Shown: positions 20,526 through 30,766 of the stretch, piece after piece | Position numbering within the stretch: the stretch's first letter is position 1 | How the letters are laid out: every line of letters starts with the position of its first letter | NCBI GenBank assembly: GCA_023229765.1 | Contig: JALNYO010000001.1 | Coordinates: 228,415 to 292,414, forward strand | DNA length: 64,000 nt | Source: Syntrophales bacterium | GTDB taxonomy: Bacteria; Desulfobacterota; Syntrophia; Syntrophales; UBA5619 | Direction of reading: 5' to 3' | The notes under the pieces: generated by a model | Told to the model about the DNA's origin: nothing | The model's input: only the letters and a program-made list of their open reading frames with translations | Databases searched by the model: none | Program-made: the position numbers and the translations under genes

Positions 20526-20861
20526 ATGGACACCGTTCCCGACAAGACCTTTTTTCGTATCGGCGAGGTAAGCAAAATTCTGGGTGTGCCTCCTTACGTG
20601 GTACGCTATTGGGAATCGGAGTTTAAAGAGGTAAAGCCGTCTCGCACCCGCTCCGATCAGCGTCTTTACAAGCGTCAGGATGTCCTGAATTTGCTGGTTA
20701 TAAAAAGGCTTCTGTATGAGGAGAAATTCACCATTGATGGGGCTAGAAAACATCTGCGGGGCAGCAAGCGCGCTGATGGGGCCTCCGGCGGTTTGTCGCA
20801 TGGCGAGCTAATCGAAGAAATCAAGGATGGTCTGCTTTGGATCAGAAATAAAGTAGATTGA
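20526..20861 (+). CDS. MerR family transcriptional regulator
   Basis: N-terminal HTH FRIGEVSKILGVPPYVVRYWESEF, then YKRQDV...IKRLLYEEKFTIDGARK. Confidence 0.85.
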   Translation: MDTVPDKTFFRIGEVSKILGVPPYVVRYWESEFKEVKPSRTRSDQRLYKRQDVLNLLVIKRLLYEEKFTIDGARKHLRGSKRADGASGGLSHGELIEEIKDGLLWIRNKVD

Positions 20862-20894
20862 GCGGAAGAAAAACCACTGTCAGTGTTTGTAATG

Positions 20895-20939
20895 CCAAAA
20901 GAGCCGTTGAGAACGAAATGTTTTCAACGGCTCTTTTGG
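20895..20939. terminator. bidirectional hairpin terminator between convergent genes
   Basis: Perfect 16-bp stem CCAAAAGAGCCGTTGA (20895-20910) / TCAACGGCTCTTTTGG (20924-20939); U-rich tails on both strands. Confidence 0.8.
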
Positions 20940-20954
20940 TCTGAAACCCAGGAT

Positions 20955-21236
20955 TTATTTTTTGTTTGCCCTTTTTGATGCCTTCAAAGGGTTTATTTTC
21001 TGTTGAGCTTCCTTGGTGTCTGCCTTGAGGTGGGTTGCCGTTGGGCATTTGCCGGTTCGCCATTTGGAGGCAGGATCGGGATAAACCCCGCAGTAAGTCA
21101 CTGCCTCATATTGAACCGCCTTTGTGCAGCCTTCGCATTTGTCAATTACCGGATTGCATTGTCCACCCGGGTAGCCACACCCCTTCTTTGCCATGAAAGC
21201 ACACTCAATCCCTTTTTTAACTGTGTCACAAATCAT
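20955..21236 (-). CDS. cysteine-rich small protein (PxxKW-type, from memory)
   Basis: 93 aa, 8 Cys (incl. CEGC); motif DPASKWRTGKCPTATH matches what I remember as the PxxKW Cys-rich family of sulfate-reducer-type genomes; GAGG RBS 9 nt upstream. Confidence 0.6.
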   Translation of the reverse strand: MICDTVKKGIECAFMAKKGCGYPGGQCNPVIDKCEGCTKAVQYEAVTYCGVYPDPASKWRTGKCPTATHLKADTKEAQQKINPLKASKRANKK

Positions 21237-21612
21237 TCTTTTATACCTCGTCCTTTCTCTATTTATTCCATTTGAAGAAAAATTACCTTAAAAAACCGAC
21301 CTGCTTCCCAAAACATTCTGGAAAACCCAGGCCGGTTGATTGCCTTCCTAAACATGCGGCTGGCTATCAGAACAAATGCTTTATGTCAAGAAAAATTATG
21401 GCAGAAAACTTCCTTGCTTATACTGCCATATTAAAATATCCCTGCATTCTGGCGAATAGATTGACTTGCAAAACCGTTTGTGTTAGGCAAATCCATGTCT
21501 CGGTCGGGGGAGCAGATGGCTTCGCGATTATAGGCGCCTAACAGGCTGCTTTTAGTGGTGGAACCATCCGCTCTTGTCCGAAAACCTGAATCAGTGCGTG
21601 GTGGTTCTTCTG

Positions 21613-22344
21613 ATGAAAAAAGCAGCGATGCTCGGTATTTTTTTTCGTTCACTGACCATTCAGATTTCCTTTAATTTTCATACTATGCAAGGCATGGGTT
21701 TCGCCTTTTCCATGCTGCCCTTGATGTGCTCAAGAAAAAAAAGTGAACTTAAGGAGAAGGAAGTTTTTCTTTTGAGACATTTGCAGATGTTCAGTACGAA
21801 CCCGTATCTCGTTCCCGCAGTTGTCGGTTCCGTTGTTAGGATTGAGGAAGATGGCGAAAGGGGGCGTGAAGCAGAGGATCTCAAAAAGGCGCTGATGGGT
21901 CCGTATGCCGCAATCGGCGATTCATTTTTCTGGGGAGCGCTGCGTCTGTTTTCTTCAGCATGGGCGGTGTTGTTGGCAGTATTCGGAAGTTTTTATGCCC
22001 CGCTTATTTTTCTTATGCTCTTTTCGCCCGCACAGTTAATGGTTCGGGTGGGCGGGTTTTTCCATGGTTTTTGTTCGGGATGGGGTGGCTTCAATTATAT
22101 TCGCGCTCTTGACCTTCCCCGGGAGTCGGAGATGCTGCGTTATGGGGCGCTATTTATATTGAGCATTGTGGGCGCTGTTTTATCCGTCTCTGTTGAATAT
22201 TCGGGTCAGTTGCTGCCGCAACATGTCGGTTATATTATTGGTTCCGTAATTTTTTTAATCTCTTTAGTGGGGGGGCGGCGAGCAATCTCTTCAGAGAAGC
22301 TCCTCTACGGGATTGCCATATTTTGCATGGTGCTTTCTATCTGA
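21613..22344 (+). CDS. PTS mannose-family EIID-like membrane protein (orphan)
   Basis: FFRSLTIQISFNFHTMQGMGFAFSMLP resembles the ManZ/EIID N-terminal signature; multi-TM. Start ambiguous (ATG 21613 vs TTG 21574). No EIIC/EIIB adjacent. Confidence 0.7.
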   Translation: MKKAAMLGIFFRSLTIQISFNFHTMQGMGFAFSMLPLMCSRKKSELKEKEVFLLRHLQMFSTNPYLVPAVVGSVVRIEEDGERGREAEDLKKALMGPYAAIGDSFFWGALRLFSSAWAVLLAVFGSFYAPLIFLMLFSPAQLMVRVGGFFHGFCSGWGGFNYIRALDLPRESEMLRYGALFILSIVGAVLSVSVEYSGQLLPQHVGYIIGSVIFLISLVGGRRAISSEKLLYGIAIFCMVLSI

Positions 22345-22345
22345 T

Positions 22346-22615
22346 ATGAATATAGCTAAAACATTTGAAATAAAGAACAAGTTGGGGATTCATGCCCGGG
22401 CAGCCGCAAAGATCGTGGAAACAGCCAATCGCTTTAACGCGGACGTAGTTCTGGAAAAGGACGGCTACGAGGTAAACGGGCGCAGCATTCTTGACATTCT
22501 TACCCTTTACTGTCCCAAGGGGAGCCGCTTGACAGTTCGTCTTATGGGAGTGGACGCGGCAGAGGCGATGGAAATGCTCTCCATTCTTATCGATGGGAAG
22601 TTCGGTGAGATTTGA
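22346..22615 (+). CDS. ptsH: phosphocarrier protein HPr
   Basis: NKLGIHARAAAKIV (His-15 region) and NGRSILDILTL (Ser-46 region); ATG 22346. Confidence 0.92.
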   Translation: MNIAKTFEIKNKLGIHARAAAKIVETANRFNADVVLEKDGYEVNGRSILDILTLYCPKGSRLTVRLMGVDAAEAMEMLSILIDGKFGEI

Positions 22616-22637
22616 TGGTAGGAAACTGAGGGATTGC

Positions 22638-24416
22638 ATGGACGACGATAAAACCAAAACTTTTGTTATGAAGGGAATAGGCGTCTCACCTGGGGTTATT
22701 ATAGGAAAGGCGCATCTCTTCAACAGGATGGACATACAGGCGCCGTTCTGCAAACTCAGCGATGCGGATTTGATCCCAGCTGAGATTGATCGTTTTCTGG
22801 AGGCTCTGCACGAATCGGAAACACAGCTTCTTGAACTGAAAAAAAAGCTCGTTGATTCCGGTGGCGGCATGGAACCGCTTTATATCATTGATGTCCACAT
22901 CATGATCATGCGCGATCAGAAGTTTATAGACCTGACGATGCAAAACATCCGGGAGATGTCCGTCAGCGCCGAATGGGCGGTGCGGATGACGCTGGAAAAG
23001 TATCAGGAGATGTTTGACCGGATGGAGGATGATTACCTCCGGGGCCGCATAACCGACATTCAGCATGTGGGCCAGAAAATTATCAATAACCTTGCCTGCA
23101 AACATCATGCTCCGCTCGAGCTGCCGGAAGGGGTCGTTATAATCGCCTCTGATTTGTCTCCTGCCGATACAGCTCAGCTCAAGATCGATAAGGTGCTGGG
23201 ATTTGCCACGGATGTGGGGGGGAAGACTTCCCATACGGCCATTGTTGCTCGTTCGATGGAGATACCGGCAGTTGTCGCCCTGAAAAGCATTACCAGTGCA
23301 GTCAGTACAAACGATGACATTATCATCGATGGTTCATCCGGAGTGGTCATTGTCAATCCCGATCCTGAGATCAGGAGGCGGTATGAATGGAAGAAAAAAC
23401 TCTACGAAAAGGCGCAGGATGATCTGCTGGATTACGCAGGTCTGCCTGCTGTAACAAAGGATAATCACAGGGTGGAGATCGGAGGAAATATTGAATTTAT
23501 TGAAGAAATTCCCTCGGCTATTCATCACGGAGCGGAAGGTATCGGCCTTTACCGCACGGAATTTATCTATATAAACCGACAGGAACTGCCGGACGAGGAG
23601 GAACATCTGGCCAATTACCGTTCTGTCGTAGGGGTGGAAGGACTTTCCTGGGCGACGATCCGCACCTTTGATCTGGGGGGCGACAAATTTTTTCCGGATA
23701 AAAAAAGTTTTCATGAAATGAATCCGCAGCTCGGGATGAGGGCAATCAGGTTTTGCCTGAAGGAGAAAGAGCTTTTTAAGGTTCAGTTACGTGCAATCCT
23801 GCGGGCCAGCGTTTATGGGAAACTGCGGATCATGTTTCCGATGATTTCCGGGATAGAGGAGATCAGGGAGGCGAAAAGCATCCTGGCCGAGGTGAAAAAC
23901 GACCTGTTGTCGGAAGGGATCCAATTAGGGGAGAAAATTGAAACAGGAATCATGATCGAGATCCCCTCGGCGGTCATTATTGCCGACCAGCTGGCCAGGG
24001 AGGTTGATTTTTTCAGTATCGGCACCAATGACCTTATCCAGTACACGCTGGCTATTGACCGCATTAACGAGCAGGTAAGTTATCTTTATGAACCTCTGCA
24101 TCCGGCGGTGTTGCGACTGATCAAGAGCGTTGTCGATGCCGGTCACAATGCCGGGATAAGGGTGGCGATGTGCGGCGAGATGGCGGGAGAGCCGGCCTAT
24201 ACGATGATTCTTGTCGGAATGGGACTCGACGAGCTAAGCATGAACCCGCTGGCAATTCCCCGGGTGAAGAAGATCATCAGGGGGATTACCTTAAAGGCGG
24301 CCGAGTTCCTTCTCGAAAAGGTGTTGTCCCTTTCGTCGTTAGAGGAAATAAAGACCTTTGTCGGAGAAGAGATGCGCAAGCGTTTTCCTGAAGATTTTTC
24401 CGAAATCAGCCAGTGA
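22638..24416 (+). CDS. ptsI: phosphoenolpyruvate--protein phosphotransferase (Enzyme I)
   Basis: GGKTSHTAIVARSMEIPAV phospho-His region, FFSIGTNDLIQY, catalytic MCGEMAG; start ATG 22638 (alternatives 22593 and 22668). Confidence 0.93.
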   Translation: MDDDKTKTFVMKGIGVSPGVIIGKAHLFNRMDIQAPFCKLSDADLIPAEIDRFLEALHESETQLLELKKKLVDSGGGMEPLYIIDVHIMIMRDQKFIDLTMQNIREMSVSAEWAVRMTLEKYQEMFDRMEDDYLRGRITDIQHVGQKIINNLACKHHAPLELPEGVVIIASDLSPADTAQLKIDKVLGFATDVGGKTSHTAIVARSMEIPAVVALKSITSAVSTNDDIIIDGSSGVVIVNPDPEIRRRYEWKKKLYEKAQDDLLDYAGLPAVTKDNHRVEIGGNIEFIEEIPSAIHHGAEGIGLYRTEFIYINRQELPDEEEHLANYRSVVGVEGLSWATIRTFDLGGDKFFPDKKSFHEMNPQLGMRAIRFCLKEKELFKVQLRAILRASVYGKLRIMFPMISGIEEIREAKSILAEVKNDLLSEGIQLGEKIETGIMIEIPSAVIIADQLAREVDFFSIGTNDLIQYTLAIDRINEQVSYLYEPLHPAVLRLIKSVVDAGHNAGIRVAMCGEMAGEPAYTMILVGMGLDELSMNPLAIPRVKKIIRGITLKAAEFLLEKVLSLSSLEEIKTFVGEEMRKRFPEDFSEISQ

Positions 24417-24438
24417 AGTGACCGGAAGAAGGGGAATA

Positions 24439-27078
24439 ATGTCCGTTCTGTCAAGAATAAAAGGGGGTACTGCTGAGATCGGCGTTCGCCATGCGGGGAG
24501 CATTTATCGGGAGCAAAACTTTCCTTTTTCATTGCTTGTTCACAAGGTGCTTTCACGAGTAGCGGTCTCTGACGAGATAGTTGAAAAGCTGCAATCAATC
24601 GCTCAAAAGGGTGTTGTTGTCTATGTTCTAAAAAACAAAAGTCAGCTCAACAGCCTGATTATAAGAGAGCTTGCGCTTCGCAAAGGAATTCCCGAACCTG
24701 TTTACAGCCATGATGTCAACATGATAATCTGGCAGCCTTTTTACGAGGCACTGAGGGTAATAAGCTCCCATCTCACCCACTGGGTAATGAGAAAAAAAAC
24801 GATTAATTTAGAAAGGATGAATCATCTCGATAAGCTTGTCCGCGCCGGGAAAACCGTTATTATCCACCTTGGGGAATCGGAGATATTCGAAAATCACTTT
24901 GTTGAAGAGACGCTCAAACGGTTGCTCGAGATTCAGGAGAGTTCAGCCGTGCCGATATATCTGTGCCCGGAACTGATCACATACGGAAGAAGGCGGGAGA
25001 AAGAGAACGAAAATATTTTCAATATTCTCTTCGGCCAGAGCGACTCGACAGGATCGCTGCGCCGGTTTATAACATTTTTGAGGTACGCAAGCAGGGTCTC
25101 TGTTATTTCAACCGAACCGGTCAATCTCGCAGAATATATAAGCGCGGACGCGGATATAAGTCGCGAGTCTCTGGCGCGCCAGCTTCGGGAGGAGCTGATC
25201 GGCAGGATCGATGAAGAAAAGGAGGCGATAGTCGGGCCGCTCCTGAAGTCCCGGGACGAGATAACGGAAATGATCATGCAGGATAAAGAGATGATCTCGT
25301 TCATGGTAGAAATGGCGGCGAAAGGAAAGAAGGGCGGAGGCAATTTACCGGCAATCAAAAAGACGGCCAGAAGATACCTCCGTGAAATTTCCTCCGATTA
25401 CAGCGAAACAGCGGTAGAAATCTGGGCAAATATTCTCACCTGGCTCTGGAACAACATTTATGACGGGGTTGTAGTGGATGGCGATGGCCTCGCAAAGATT
25501 AGGCAGGTTTCCAAAAAGATGCCTTTTGTTATCATTCCCTGCCACCGCAGCCATTTCGATTATCTTCTGCTTTCCTACATATTTTACAAAAACAACATCC
25601 AGATGCCGTTTGTAGCCGCGGGTAACAATCTTGCTTTTTTCCCCATGGGTTACATTTTCCGAAAATCGGGCGCCTTCTTTCTGCGGAGAAGTTTCAAGGG
25701 CAATGGTCTCTACGCCGAGGCATTAAACCGCTATGTCCAAGCCCTTCTCAAAGAGGGGCTTCCCCTCGAATTTTTCATCGAGGGCGGGCGCAGCCGGACC
25801 GGAAAAATGGTGATGCCCAAGTATGGGCTTCTTTCCATGATCATCGATGCCTATCAGGAGAAGGCATGTGAAGATCTGGCGGTGGTTCCTGTTTATATTG
25901 GTTACGACCGGGTGATCGAGGAGAAGGCCTATCTTGAGGAGCTCGGAGGCGCTCCCAAGGAGAAGGAGAAGGCTACCGCTATGATCAGGAGCGGCGGCCT
26001 CCTGCGAAAAAGATATGGCCGTGTCTATATGAATGTCGGTGAACCTATTCTGCTGAAGTCCTACTTGGCCGCTCAAGAGAAACCTATGCAGGAGATGACG
26101 GTTGGGGAACGCCAGAGACTCTACCGGCAAATCGGCTATAAGGTTGTCCGTGAGATCAACGAGGTTTCTGTGGTGACTCCCCTTTCGCTGACCGCAGCCG
26201 CCCTTTTGTGTTACGACCGGCGGGGCATCTCTCTTGGGGAACTAACGGAAGTAATTGGGCTTTTTTACAAATGCCTCTCTTATTGCCGGGCGCCGTTCGC
26301 AATGACCTTTGCCGACCGGGAGAAGGCTATTTCGGAAGCATTGAATCTCTTTGCTCAGTCCGGGCTCATATCCCGCATGGGGGCAGAGGATGAAGAGGAA
26401 GAAGACGTTGAGGAGGTTGTTTATTCGCTGGAGGATGACAAGCGCTTAAATCTTGAGTACTACAAAAACAATATCCTGCATTACTTTATTCCTTTCAGCT
26501 TTGTCGCGACATCCATTCTGGCGACAGCGGAAGATATGATTCCCGTGAATAGAATTCATAATGATTTTATTTTCTTCAAGCGTCTTTTCCGACATGAATT
26601 TATCTTTGATGACCAGAAAGACAGTCTTGAAGAACTTAAGGAGTTACTTTGCTATTTTTACGATCAGGGTATGATCGATATGTTTGACCGGGATGAAAAG
26701 TCCTGGATAGAGGTCAAGGGGCTGGGGAGAACGAAACTTTTGCCCTTCTCCGGCCTTGTGCAGAATTATACCGAATCTTACTGGGTAGCAATCAGGGGAT
26801 GTTACCATCTGAAGAAAGGACCGAAAGCGGAAAAAGAGTGGCTCAAGAATCTCCGCGGCTTGGGGGAGAGGATGTACCGCAAAGGAGAGATAAGAAGGGC
26901 GGAGGCTCTTTCGCAGTCGAACTACCAGAGCGCAATACGATACCTGCAGGATGTTAGCATCATTACCATTCAGGAAGTGCCGGAAAAGGGAGAAAAGAGA
27001 TTGACCAGGCGCTATGCGCTGGCGGAAAACAAGGTGCAAATGGAGTCGCTGCGCCGCCGCCTGTTTAAATTTCTCTGA
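24439..27078 (+). CDS. plsB: glycerol-3-phosphate acyltransferase, PlsB type
   Basis: 879 aa; acyltransferase blocks PCHRSHFDYLLLS (HX4D), YIFRKSGAFFLRR, FIEGGRSRTGK. ATG 24439 after GAAGGGG (track start 24358 overlaps ptsI). Confidence 0.85.
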   Translation: MSVLSRIKGGTAEIGVRHAGSIYREQNFPFSLLVHKVLSRVAVSDEIVEKLQSIAQKGVVVYVLKNKSQLNSLIIRELALRKGIPEPVYSHDVNMIIWQPFYEALRVISSHLTHWVMRKKTINLERMNHLDKLVRAGKTVIIHLGESEIFENHFVEETLKRLLEIQESSAVPIYLCPELITYGRRREKENENIFNILFGQSDSTGSLRRFITFLRYASRVSVISTEPVNLAEYISADADISRESLARQLREELIGRIDEEKEAIVGPLLKSRDEITEMIMQDKEMISFMVEMAAKGKKGGGNLPAIKKTARRYLREISSDYSETAVEIWANILTWLWNNIYDGVVVDGDGLAKIRQVSKKMPFVIIPCHRSHFDYLLLSYIFYKNNIQMPFVAAGNNLAFFPMGYIFRKSGAFFLRRSFKGNGLYAEALNRYVQALLKEGLPLEFFIEGGRSRTGKMVMPKYGLLSMIIDAYQEKACEDLAVVPVYIGYDRVIEEKAYLEELGGAPKEKEKATAMIRSGGLLRKRYGRVYMNVGEPILLKSYLAAQEKPMQEMTVGERQRLYRQIGYKVVREINEVSVVTPLSLTAAALLCYDRRGISLGELTEVIGLFYKCLSYCRAPFAMTFADREKAISEALNLFAQSGLISRMGAEDEEEEDVEEVVYSLEDDKRLNLEYYKNNILHYFIPFSFVATSILATAEDMIPVNRIHNDFIFFKRLFRHEFIFDDQKDSLEELKELLCYFYDQGMIDMFDRDEKSWIEVKGLGRTKLLPFSGLVQNYTESYWVAIRGCYHLKKGPKAEKEWLKNLRGLGERMYRKGEIRRAEALSQSNYQSAIRYLQDVSIITIQEVPEKGEKRLTRRYALAENKVQMESLRRRLFKFL

Positions 27079-27084
27079 AAAAAC

Positions 27085-27136
27085 ACAACCAGGCGGTGCT
27101 TTCCTTAGCTTATAAGGATTAGCACCGACAGGTTGT
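27085..27136. terminator. bidirectional compound hairpin between convergent plsB and eno
   Basis: Nested stems ACAACC/GGTTGT (27085-90 / 27131-36), CGGTGCT/AGCACCG, TCCTTA/TAAGGA. Confidence 0.65.
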
Positions 27137-27153
27137 TTGTTGCGCCAAAGCTG

Positions 27154-28581
<1,428 letters not shown>

Positions 28582-28680
28582 CTATACCAACAGGCGATGC
28601 TTTTCAAGCCGATTTTTCCCGCCAGCAACGAAAGTTTCTTGCTATGGCGGGCAACGTCAAGTAGAATCGTGTAAACTGGA

Positions 28681-29448
28681 GTGGGTGCGTTGGAAAACGG
28701 GATAAAAAGGACGAAATTGTTTCTTCATTTGAAGAAATGGCTGGAAAGAGCAGTACTGGATTACGGGATGATCTCCGCCGGAGACAAGGTGCTAGTTGGC
28801 GTTTCCGGCGGGGTGGACAGTATGGCTCTGCTGAGTCTGCTGAATACCCCGATGCTCTATCTTCCCCCTTTTTCCGTCATGGCTGTCCATATCGATCTGG
28901 GTTTCGACCCGCAGGATATTGGCGCCGGGGTTCTTGCCCGCTGGCTTCAGGAGGGGGGCTATGATTTTGTCATTGACAGGACGGATATCGGGCTGCTTTC
29001 TCATAGCGACTACAACCGTAAGAACCCCTGTTTCCTGTGTTCCCGGCTTCGCCGCAAGCGGATCTTCGAGATAGCCGAACAACATGGCTGCAACAAGATC
29101 GCCTTTGCCCATCATCGGGATGACATCATCGAAACCCTCCTGATCAATATTTTTTATGGGAGGGAGATAAGCACGATGGTTCCCGATCAGCCGATTTTCG
29201 GGGGAAAACTGCATATCATCCGGCCGCTCGCATATATGAAGGAAGCGCTGGTGAAGAAGTTTGCCGCGGAACAGGGATTCCCTGTTACTGAAGAGCTCTG
29301 TCCTACCAGCTCTGTTTCCCGCCGCCGCTACATAAAGGATATGCTCAAAAAACTTGCCGAGGAGAATCCTGAGATAAAGGAGAATATCTGGAAGTCAATG
29401 GGCCATGTCAAAACCGATTATCTTCCGGCAAAGCTGGGCGGAAAATGA
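28681..29448 (+). CDS. ttcA: tRNA 2-thiocytidine synthetase TtcA-like PP-loop ATPase
   Basis: PP-loop VGVSGGVDS, CFLCSRLRR Cys pair, C-terminal CP..S. Start uncertain (GTG 28681 or in-frame TTG 28690, which has better spacing to GGAG). Confidence 0.8.
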   Translation: MGALENGIKRTKLFLHLKKWLERAVLDYGMISAGDKVLVGVSGGVDSMALLSLLNTPMLYLPPFSVMAVHIDLGFDPQDIGAGVLARWLQEGGYDFVIDRTDIGLLSHSDYNRKNPCFLCSRLRRKRIFEIAEQHGCNKIAFAHHRDDIIETLLINIFYGREISTMVPDQPIFGGKLHIIRPLAYMKEALVKKFAAEQGFPVTEELCPTSSVSRRRYIKDMLKKLAEENPEIKENIWKSMGHVKTDYLPAKLGGK

Positions 29449-29493
29449 TATAAAAATTAGACCTTTGTTGAATTGACAGGGGAGAGGGGAAAA

Positions 29494-29967
29494 ATGAAGG
29501 AAAAAAAGGAGATGGGGGAAAAATCCATCTGTCAGAACAAGATGGCAAGGTTGAACTACTTTATCGATGAAACCTATGAGGCGGGGGTTGTCCTGCAGGG
29601 GACCGAGGTCAAGGCCCTCCGCGATGGCCGGGCCAACATCAAGGACAGCTATGCCAATATCAGAGAGGGGGAGCTTTTTCTCTACGATTTGCACATAAGC
29701 CCCTATTCGCACGGAAACCGGGAGAATCACAACCCGCTGCGGGTTCGGAAGCTGTTGCTGCACAAGAGCGAGATTAAACGGCTTTACGGAAAGTTTCAGG
29801 AGAGGGGGCTCTCGCTGATCCCGTTGCGGATGTACTTCCGCAATGGAAAAATCAAGGTGGAGATCGGCGTCGGCCGGGGAAAGAAGCTCTATGACAAACG
29901 TGAGGATATGAAGCTCAAGGAGGACCGCCGGGCGATTGAGCGGGGGCTGCGGGAGAGGAACCGATAG
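29494..29967 (+). CDS. smpB: SsrA-binding protein SmpB
   Basis: [30 protein letters not shown], basic C-terminal tail; ATG 29494 after GGAGAGGGG; immediately upstream of tmRNA. Confidence 0.94.
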   Translation: MKEKKEMGEKSICQNKMARLNYFIDETYEAGVVLQGTEVKALRDGRANIKDSYANIREGELFLYDLHISPYSHGNRENHNPLRVRKLLLHKSEIKRLYGKFQERGLSLIPLRMYFRNGKIKVEIGVGRGKKLYDKREDMKLKEDRRAIERGLRERNR

Positions 29968-30130
29968 GGCGTATTCTATAAGTCAGCCGCAGGGGTTTAT
30001 ATATTATACGAAGACGGTTTCATGAAGAGATATTGCATGTTTGACATCACATGTATTATATCAGCTTGACATAAAAGGAAAAGATGCATAGGCTAAAGCC
30101 AAGAAGTTTTCAGTGTTTATTAAAGATATT

Positions 30131-30486
30131 GGGGGCGTCCCGGTTTCGACGGGGATATTTGAAGTTGCATAAGCGTACCGAGGTTCCTGCAGGCCTCGTA
30201 AAACAGGCAGGAAAACATAATCGCAGATAATTACGATTACGCTTTAGCCGCTTAGTCGGCTAACGTTCCCCCGCTCCCGCCTGTCGGATCGGTTTGGGGG
30301 CGTCATGAAGGCAGGATAACCGCTCTTGCAAGCCTGGGGCAAGGGGGGCGAAAAATAAACAGGATAGCGATCGCGGGATCCTGCTTCCGGGAGCCCGCAA
30401 AAGCGAAATCCAAATCAGAAGATACGTACGTAGAAAGTGCAATGGAAGGTTTCCGGACGCGGGTTCGACTCCCGCCGCCTCCACCA
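30131..30486 (+). ncRNA. ssrA: tmRNA (SsrA), tag peptide ADNYDYALAA
   Basis: 5' GGGGGCG pairs with 3' CGCCTCC, including the G3:U wobble, then A-CCA. T-arm-like GGGTTCGACTCCCGCC. Tag ORF GCA GAT AAT TAC GAT TAC GCT TTA GCC GCT TAG at 30223-30255. Confidence 0.95.
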
Positions 30487-30496
30487 GGTTAGAAAG

Positions 30497-30547
30497 AAAA
30501 CCCGCCTCTCGGGAGCAAAAATCCCGGGCGGCGGGTTTTCTCTTTTT
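30497..30547 (+). terminator. Rho-independent terminator after ssrA
   Basis: AAAACCCGCC (30497-30506) pairs with GGCGGGTTTT (30530-30539), inner stem CTCGGGA/TCCCGGG, then CTCTTTTT. Confidence 0.7.
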
Positions 30548-30705
30548 ACCTCTGGACCAATTTCATTTATTTTCACTTCCCCGAGCTTGCCATTCCCTTG
30601 AGGGAAGCTTATATACTTGCATACTTTTATGGTACTGCTAATTTTTTACAATGGCGGTTGAGAGGAAACGGAGCAACCGCTACTTAGTATTTTTTTCTGA
30701 ATGCT

Positions 30706-30721
30706 TGGTTCAATAATTGCA
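30706..30721 (+). promoter_or_regulatory. sigma-54-type promoter (-24/-12) upstream of the SPOR/TPR-kinase-activator genes
   Basis: TGGTTC-aataa-TTGCA: GG (30707-08) and GC (30719-20) are 12 nt apart as in TGGCAC-N5-TTGCW; 46 nt upstream of ATG 30767. -24 hexamer is imperfect. Confidence 0.5.
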
Positions 30722-30766
30722 TGCATATTCAGGCGGTGGCGATTATGTTTTCATCCTGGTAGCGTT

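Noticed and set aside
21399-21419. TGGCAG....TTGCTT resembling a sigma-54 promoter upstream of the EIID-like gene.
   Set aside because: GG to GC spacing is 16 nt instead of the required 12. The TGGCAG is also half of an inverted repeat (TATGGCAG/CTGCCATA).
21272-21541. 89-aa + strand ORF in the PxxKW/EIID intergenic region.
   Set aside because: TTG start without an RBS and no motif. It spans the divergent promoter/leader region and its sequence composition is not coding-like.
24358-24438. Extended N-termini suggested by the ORF track for plsB, and likewise for 30701 (SPOR/TPR), 27154-28548 (eno), 15803 (rpmI), 16069 (rplT), 22313 (ptsH), 45421 (flgD) and 54596 (flhB).
   Set aside because: The extensions overlap upstream genes or lack an RBS. 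Internal ATGs give canonical family N-termini with good Shine-Dalgarno spacing.
30260-30484. 74-aa minus-strand ORF.
   Set aside because: Lies wholly within the tmRNA gene, so it is an artefact.
30487-30766. Possible genomic-island junction at the tmRNA 3' end.
   Set aside because: No integrase, no repeat of the tmRNA 3' terminus, and the following genes form a coherent chromosomal flagellar regulon.
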